This document shows, in pieces, positions 59,445 to 64,000 of a stretch of DNA of 64,000 nucleotides. Every line of letters begins with the position of its first letter. The stretch's first letter is position 1. Position numbers and translations under genes: made by a program. The DNA lies in the NCBI GenBank assembly GCA_963662405.2, contig CAXXKT010000001.1, positions 96,001 through 160,000 on the forward strand, read 5' to 3'. Origin of the DNA: Syntrophales bacterium (GTDB taxonomy: Bacteria; Desulfobacterota; Syntrophia; Syntrophales; UBA2210). A model generated the notes under the pieces. The model made no database searches, was not told where the DNA came from, and worked only from the letters and a program-made list of their open reading frames with translations.

Positions 59445-59501
59445 CGGACTGCTGTGGGGCGCGCGGTCGTTTTGCGCGCCCCTACCAGCAGATAGTTAGC
59501 A
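59439..59501 (-). other. attC site (HNH cassette)
   Basis: Minus strand TGCTAAC...TGCTGGTAGGGGCGCGC-aaaacgacc-GCGCGCCCCACAGCA...G|TAATGA; R'' complements GTTAGCA at this cassette's start. Confidence 0.8.
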
Positions 59502-59508
59502 TAGCTTT

Positions 59509-60243
59509 TTATGTTTTCGCCATCGCTTTTGAAAGATTACCTGATTTTTTCCACCCATAAAAAGTTTTTTCAAAAAATTCTTTAGACGCTGTATTTTCAA
59601 TCAGGACAGGTAATATACCATTATAATTTAGGAAAAGCTTTTCATTGTATGGTAGCTGTCCAGTATGGTTTGAAATAAAAAACACCCATGTTAAACCCGC
59701 CAACACAAACATATAACATCGATGTCCATCAAATCTTGTTTCTTTAGCGAGCATCATCATTTTGCTGGTAAAATCGAAATAGGACGGGGTAAAGATTATG
59801 AGGCATCCATAGTCATAAGATGCACCTGGATTACCCTCGTATAACATAGAACGTAATTTTTCTTCATGAGGTCCTAAGCTAACGTTTGTAAATTGATGAA
59901 GATTTGATGCTCCTGCTCGCCATATAAGCGAAAGCTGAAATAGTTTAAACTTTGTATAATCAATATTTTTTATTATGATAAAATCACTCATTTTCTCCAT
60001 ACTTAGCTTATTACCACTAAAAAACACTTGAGCAGCATATGTTTCCCATTTATTCAGTCTGTCTTCGCATTCTCGGCAAAGCATCTTTTCCCTAAAGCCC
60101 TTTTGCCATTTTCTTACTTTTGGTGCACCTTCTATTTGAACGAATTGATGCTTTTCCTTGGCATAAAGAGCTTTGAAAAGAAATTCTGGGACTATATGCG
60201 AATTACATAGTTCTTTTTCTTTAAGGCACAATCTACATTTCAT
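59509..60243 (-). CDS. HNH endonuclease-like protein (cassette gene)
   Basis: 'CRLC...NSHIVP...MLCRECEDRLNKWE'. Confidence 0.7.
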   Translation of the reverse strand: MKCRLCLKEKELCNSHIVPEFLFKALYAKEKHQFVQIEGAPKVRKWQKGFREKMLCRECEDRLNKWETYAAQVFFSGNKLSMEKMSDFIIIKNIDYTKFKLFQLSLIWRAGASNLHQFTNVSLGPHEEKLRSMLYEGNPGASYDYGCLIIFTPSYFDFTSKMMMLAKETRFDGHRCYMFVLAGLTWVFFISNHTGQLPYNEKLFLNYNGILPVLIENTASKEFFEKTFYGWKKSGNLSKAMAKT

Positions 60244-60253
60244 AGTGAATTGA

Positions 60254-60315
60254 TGCTAACGGGCTGCTCAGGGGCGCGCGGCTTTTGCGCGTTTACTGCA
60301 GCAGCAATGTTATAG
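60254..60315 (-). other. attC site (lipoprotein cassette)
   Basis: Minus strand CTATAAC...GCTGCTGCAG..CGCGC-aaaagcc-GCGCG..CTGAGCAGC..GTTAGCA. Confidence 0.85.
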
Positions 60316-60333
60316 CAACGTCTTATGATTCAA

Positions 60334-60936
60334 TTATAGAGGGTCTTCATTAGATAAACGTATTTCAAAAGTGTTACCTAAATACATAATATTTAGACAG
60401 TTTCCATGGCCTAAAAATACTCTTTCCATACCTTCTTTAGCTGGTTGAAGTCGGTATTCGACCTGAGTAACCTTTGCTGCAACCGCAATTTTAACACCGA
60501 AAAATGTATCTGGATCGTTTTTTATTGCTTTGATAATTGAATAAACCTTTTGCTTGGGGCAAAGAAGTTCCAGCTTAAGCTCTGGCGAATGCCTTGAGGC
60601 CCTTATCAATAGCTGGTAGTTGATATCATCACATGTAGCCACATTCTCCAAGGTTCCGATAAACAGAATGGGTTTGCCAATTAACCATACTGCCTCTAAA
60701 TCAATCGAGTAGAGACATCGGGAATGCTTTTTAATAATGGATTCTCTCCAGCTAGTATCAGCTCCCGAATCCCTAGCAAAAGCTTGGACTGCCAAGCGTA
60801 GGGCCTCTTCTTGAGCTTTTTCTTTAGCGCCAGAATCTGCGATATCTTTCTGACGATCTGAGCATGATAGCATACACAAGCTAAGAATGGCCGCAGTTAC
60901 AATAATGAGCCTCTTAAATCGATGTATATGTGTCAT
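60334..60936 (-). CDS. Putative lipoprotein (cassette gene); true start at 60936
   Basis: Lipobox-like 'LCMLSC'; the longer ORF-track start lies inside the upstream attC. Confidence 0.7.
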   Translation of the reverse strand: MTHIHRFKRLIIVTAAILSLCMLSCSDRQKDIADSGAKEKAQEEALRLAVQAFARDSGADTSWRESIIKKHSRCLYSIDLEAVWLIGKPILFIGTLENVATCDDINYQLLIRASRHSPELKLELLCPKQKVYSIIKAIKNDPDTFFGVKIAVAAKVTQVEYRLQPAKEGMERVFLGHGNCLNIMYLGNTFEIRLSNEDPL

Positions 60937-60950
60937 GGGTTTTCCTACCT

Positions 60951-61024
60951 CTATAACGTTGTCTTCACCGGTGGCGACGAAGTGAAGTGGAATTGTCCCA
61001 TCCGAGTGCAAGGCATGGTTGGCA
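60951..61024 (-). other. attC site (DAC-domain cassette)
   Basis: Minus strand TGCCAAC...TGCCTTGCACTCGGATGG...CCACCGGTGAAGACA..GTTATAG; GTTATAG complements CTATAAC of next cassette. Confidence 0.8.
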
Positions 61025-61027
61025 TTT

Positions 61028-62248
61028 TCATCCAAATGAAAAAGACGTATTCTTGCTAAATACTTTTATCTCACCATCGGCGGAGATTTTCACAGAAAGC
61101 CCATAATCTTTCAGTGTGTTCGCTGCTGCAAGTCGCGCACCTCCGTCTGACCCTGCTTCCAGCTTAAGTATCGCTCCTGCAGAAATAAACTTTCCTGTAG
61201 CATCAAGAACCACCGCACCGTCAATACCGAGAATTTCTTGCCTCAATCTTCTATCTGTATTTTGAAAGGTAGCATTATTTATAGCCGCTAATAATACCTT
61301 GGTTTTGATAGATCGATTATTTTCGAAATGATCTGATTCATTAACCCTTTGATCATCATGAAATTTTTTAGATTTCGCCTTTTGAAGTATCCCGATGCAA
61401 GCACCAGTACGTGCAAATGAAACGTCAATGATTGACTCATAAAGGCTTTCCCTCAGATTTCTATCAAGTTTCCTGCTTTTAAACGCTAATTGTCTTAATA
61501 CTGAATTGTAAGCGAATAGCCTCCATTCCCCTCTTCTTTTAGCAAATATGAGGGTCCCAGAGTTGAAAACTAATATTTCGCCATTTCTATTTAATATAAG
61601 GGCGATCTTGTTGTTTCCCTCAGTATATTTTGCAAAGGTGGTGTAGCGGAAAGGTGAGTTGTGAGTTTCTGGTGCGAGGTTAAGTGTTTGGTATCCAATA
61701 AGATTATTTCCGATGGAAAATTCCACCAATGTATCGTACCCATTTGTCAATACCTTCGAAAAATCATTCTTTGTATATTCTTCAAAAGTTGTACCATTTG
61801 ACGAAATAACATTCATATCAATGCCAATAGATACAGCTATCCTATTACCTTCATATGTCTCTCCTGACCAACGTTCCAATTTTTCAATAAATCTGGCTAT
61901 CTCCAGAATTTTATTAGAATCGTCATCCTCAACCAAAGATTTTGCTATAACCCTACTAACAGTGTTCGATATCAGATACTTTTGAATTTGTTCATCAAGT
62001 GTTGCATAATCATTAGCTATATTAAATACATCTCTGATAATTTTTGTTTCATTAGATTCAAAAGGTTGGGCTCTATAAACAATATACCGTCCTCCTTCTT
62101 CACAAAGAATCCCAATTTTAGAGCCTCCGCTTAGGTGTGATACATCTTTCTTCTGATTTCCTGAATCTTGTTCAAAAGATATATCAATACCAGAGAAAAA
62201 TTTAACAATTTGGTTAGAGAGTATAAAGTCAACTAAATCTTTTTTCAC
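61028..62248 (-). CDS. Protein with C-terminal DisA_N/DAC (diadenylate-cyclase-like) domain (cassette gene)
   Basis: 'GACIGI', 'ILGIDGAVVLD..G....AGAIL', 'GGARLAAA', 'VKISADGEI'; GTG start with AAGGAG RBS. Confidence 0.75.
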   Translation of the reverse strand: MKKDLVDFILSNQIVKFFSGIDISFEQDSGNQKKDVSHLSGGSKIGILCEEGGRYIVYRAQPFESNETKIIRDVFNIANDYATLDEQIQKYLISNTVSRVIAKSLVEDDDSNKILEIARFIEKLERWSGETYEGNRIAVSIGIDMNVISSNGTTFEEYTKNDFSKVLTNGYDTLVEFSIGNNLIGYQTLNLAPETHNSPFRYTTFAKYTEGNNKIALILNRNGEILVFNSGTLIFAKRRGEWRLFAYNSVLRQLAFKSRKLDRNLRESLYESIIDVSFARTGACIGILQKAKSKKFHDDQRVNESDHFENNRSIKTKVLLAAINNATFQNTDRRLRQEILGIDGAVVLDATGKFISAGAILKLEAGSDGGARLAAANTLKDYGLSVKISADGEIKVFSKNTSFSFG

Positions 62249-62266
62249 ATCTGCTCCTTATATACC

Positions 62267-62299
62267 AACAATGTTTATCTGGATCCTGATAAAAACCTA
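62267..62299 (-). other. attI-like site, copy 2
   Basis: 32/33 identical to 35249-35281; abuts GTTGGTA start of first cassette. Confidence 0.65.
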
Positions 62300-62547
62300 A
62301 ACACGGCAGTTTTGCTGTATGAAGCCTCTCACGAAAAACAAAAAGCCCCACCTCTCTTTGATGAGAAACAGGGCTTTGATAATCAGACCATAATCCACTC
62401 CTTGGTTACAGCCAGTCACAAGCAGAAAAAATCAAGATCAAGATTTCATCTAGCTAACTCTATGATGATGTATTGTCAAGAGATTTTACCATGAGACCTT
62501 CAATCAGTATTCATCGATTTTCTTCTGGAATTATTTTGAGCAGTAGT

Positions 62548-63784
62548 AGATACCGTTCTTGTCAAGCGAAAGCTGGTTTATAATTTGGGTCATACTTTTT
62601 GCCGGATTTCAGGATTCCAAAGATAATGTGCACCAGCTTCCTCATTATCGCACAGACAATCACTTTCCCGTTTTTTCCTTTCTCTTTAAGGCGATTATAA
62701 AAAGCAATCATAACGGGATTACATTGGATCGATACCAGTGCCGGCATATACAGAGCTTTTCTGAGCCGCGCATGTCCGATTTTGCATAACCTGGGTTTGC
62801 CTTTAATAGATGATCCTGAAAGTGTTTCCCGTGGCGCAAGCCCGATGAACGCCACCAGTTCCCGCACATGACTGAATTTGTCCAGATCATCCAATTCTGC
62901 CAGGATGTGAGGAATGGTTGCCGTGCCGATACCTGGAATGGAAGCCAAGAGCCCTTTCTTGTTTTTCAGGTTCGGATCCCGATCAATTAGATCAGCAATC
63001 TGTTCCCTGATTTTCTCTATTTCCTTATCAAGATAGTTAATGTGTTCTCTGATCAATGGAATAACTGATTCATGAGCTGCACTTATTCGATTCTTCTCCT
63101 GACTTCGCATGTTGATCAGACTGTCAACTCGCCTGACCAACGCCCTCAGGGCTCTGATCTCCGGTGAGGGTGGACTCCAGGGATCTGGTCTCATAGCCAG
63201 ACAGAATCTGGCAATCAAGGCTGCATCAACCTTATCCGTCTTGGTGCGAATCAACTCGCTCTGGCCAAACCCTTTGATGCGAGCGGGATTGACAACACTG
63301 ACCACATGGCCGGTTTCATGGAGATAGATCGCCAATTCCTCTCCATAGTTGCCGGTCGCCTCAAGGCAGGCATGTACCTTATGAACTCCCTGTCTCTCCA
63401 GCCAGATCGTCAGTGTCTCAAAACCTTCCACCGTATTTTTGCAGGTTTTGTGTTTTGTCTTCCCCTCTACAAGAAGTGCAACGTCGAATTTCTGTTTTGC
63501 GATATCTATCCCAAGAACCGATACTGACATACTACAATACTCCCTCGTACATTAATCTAATCTCCAGTAAAATAGCTTCGTTCGAATCAACCTTGTAAGT
63601 GCAAACTCATTCCCATCTGAGAAGGTTTATGATACCGTACGAGTTATTGAACAAAGCTGTGGGAAGAGGATCTACTCTACAAATCATGCTCTCTGGCATC
63701 AGGTGAAACACAGATTCACTCTCCCCATTTTACCCCAGTGTCTCAAGATCTCTTATATCTCCTAATCCCCTTCTAGAACACAAG
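62548..63784 (-). mobile_element. IS110-family (IS621/IS1663-like) element (copy B)
   Basis: CT cores (AG on +) at 62548-49 and 63783-84; ends join to donor ACGGTATCTTGTG; ~250-bp upstream non-coding end. Confidence 0.85.
62562..63530 (-). CDS. IS110-family DEDD recombinase/transposase
   Basis: 'LGIDIAK', 'LEATGNY', 'KTDKVDA', 'SIPGIG', 'GLAP...SGSS', 'RKALYMPA'. Confidence 0.95.
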   Translation of the reverse strand: MSVSVLGIDIAKQKFDVALLVEGKTKHKTCKNTVEGFETLTIWLERQGVHKVHACLEATGNYGEELAIYLHETGHVVSVVNPARIKGFGQSELIRTKTDKVDAALIARFCLAMRPDPWSPPSPEIRALRALVRRVDSLINMRSQEKNRISAAHESVIPLIREHINYLDKEIEKIREQIADLIDRDPNLKNKKGLLASIPGIGTATIPHILAELDDLDKFSHVRELVAFIGLAPRETLSGSSIKGKPRLCKIGHARLRKALYMPALVSIQCNPVMIAFYNRLKEKGKNGKVIVCAIMRKLVHIIFGILKSGKKYDPNYKPAFA

Positions 63785-63878
63785 GTGCTATACGTAACAA
63801 AATGGTGGTTGCAACTGAGCCATCATAGGTTCATCATCTATCTGTATTTCCTGTTGATTTGGTGGGAAGGAGAGAGTG

Positions 63879-64000
63879 ATGAGCCAAAAAGCCACAGAAA
63901 CGTATTCTGTCTTATCTCCGTCATCCCTGACTGGTTTGAGAAACACCGATCATGGTGAGGGGATACAGCACACCGTTGTTTTCAAACCGGGCATTCCTGA
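63879..64000 (+). CDS. 5' end of an ORF running off the window, positionally equivalent to recombinase 1
   Basis: Preceded by a ~90-bp leader (63786-63878) homologous to 35292-35383; AAGGAG RBS; open to window end. Confidence 0.5.
   Translation, partial: MSQKATETYSVLSPSSLTGLRNTDHGEGIQHTVVFKPGIP

Noticed and set aside
62451..62479. Pc-like promoter (minus-strand TTGACA) facing the second array
   Set aside because: No convincing -10 at 16-18 bp spacing; cannot be supported without TSS data

Overview
Chromosomal window from an anaerobic deltaproteobacterium; the Syntrophales/Desulfobacterota assignment is inferred from gene content. Core regions: two inversely oriented selenocysteine-containing membrane-bound formate dehydrogenase operons (fdnGHI + fdhE), a group-1 [NiFe] hydrogenase operon with the full hyp set, a NikR-linked FecCD-type ABC transporter, metF, typA, and a modE/modABC cluster. 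These share candidate NikR and ModE-like operators, and fdh1 has a possible Moco-type leader RNA. Accessory regions: (i) a ~9.3 kb integrase island in tRNA-Arg(CCG) with a 46-bp att duplication. It looks like a phage satellite and carries a solitary attC-bounded HD-GYP cassette plus an IS3. (ii) Two integron-style attC cassette arrays (34.2-35.3 kb and 59.4-62.3 kb) with no IntI in the window. Each starts at a near-identical attI-like 33-bp site. The first lies divergently from a tandem pair of XerC/D-like tyrosine recombinases; the second lies next to a homologous leader and an ORF that runs off the window. Both are bracketed by a ~94-99 bp YAATG...CATTA repeat unit, which is also the apparent target of an IS110 bridge RNA. 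This dual-recombinase/attC/repeat-unit architecture is the best candidate for an undescribed system. All calls are made by eye; no database search was run.
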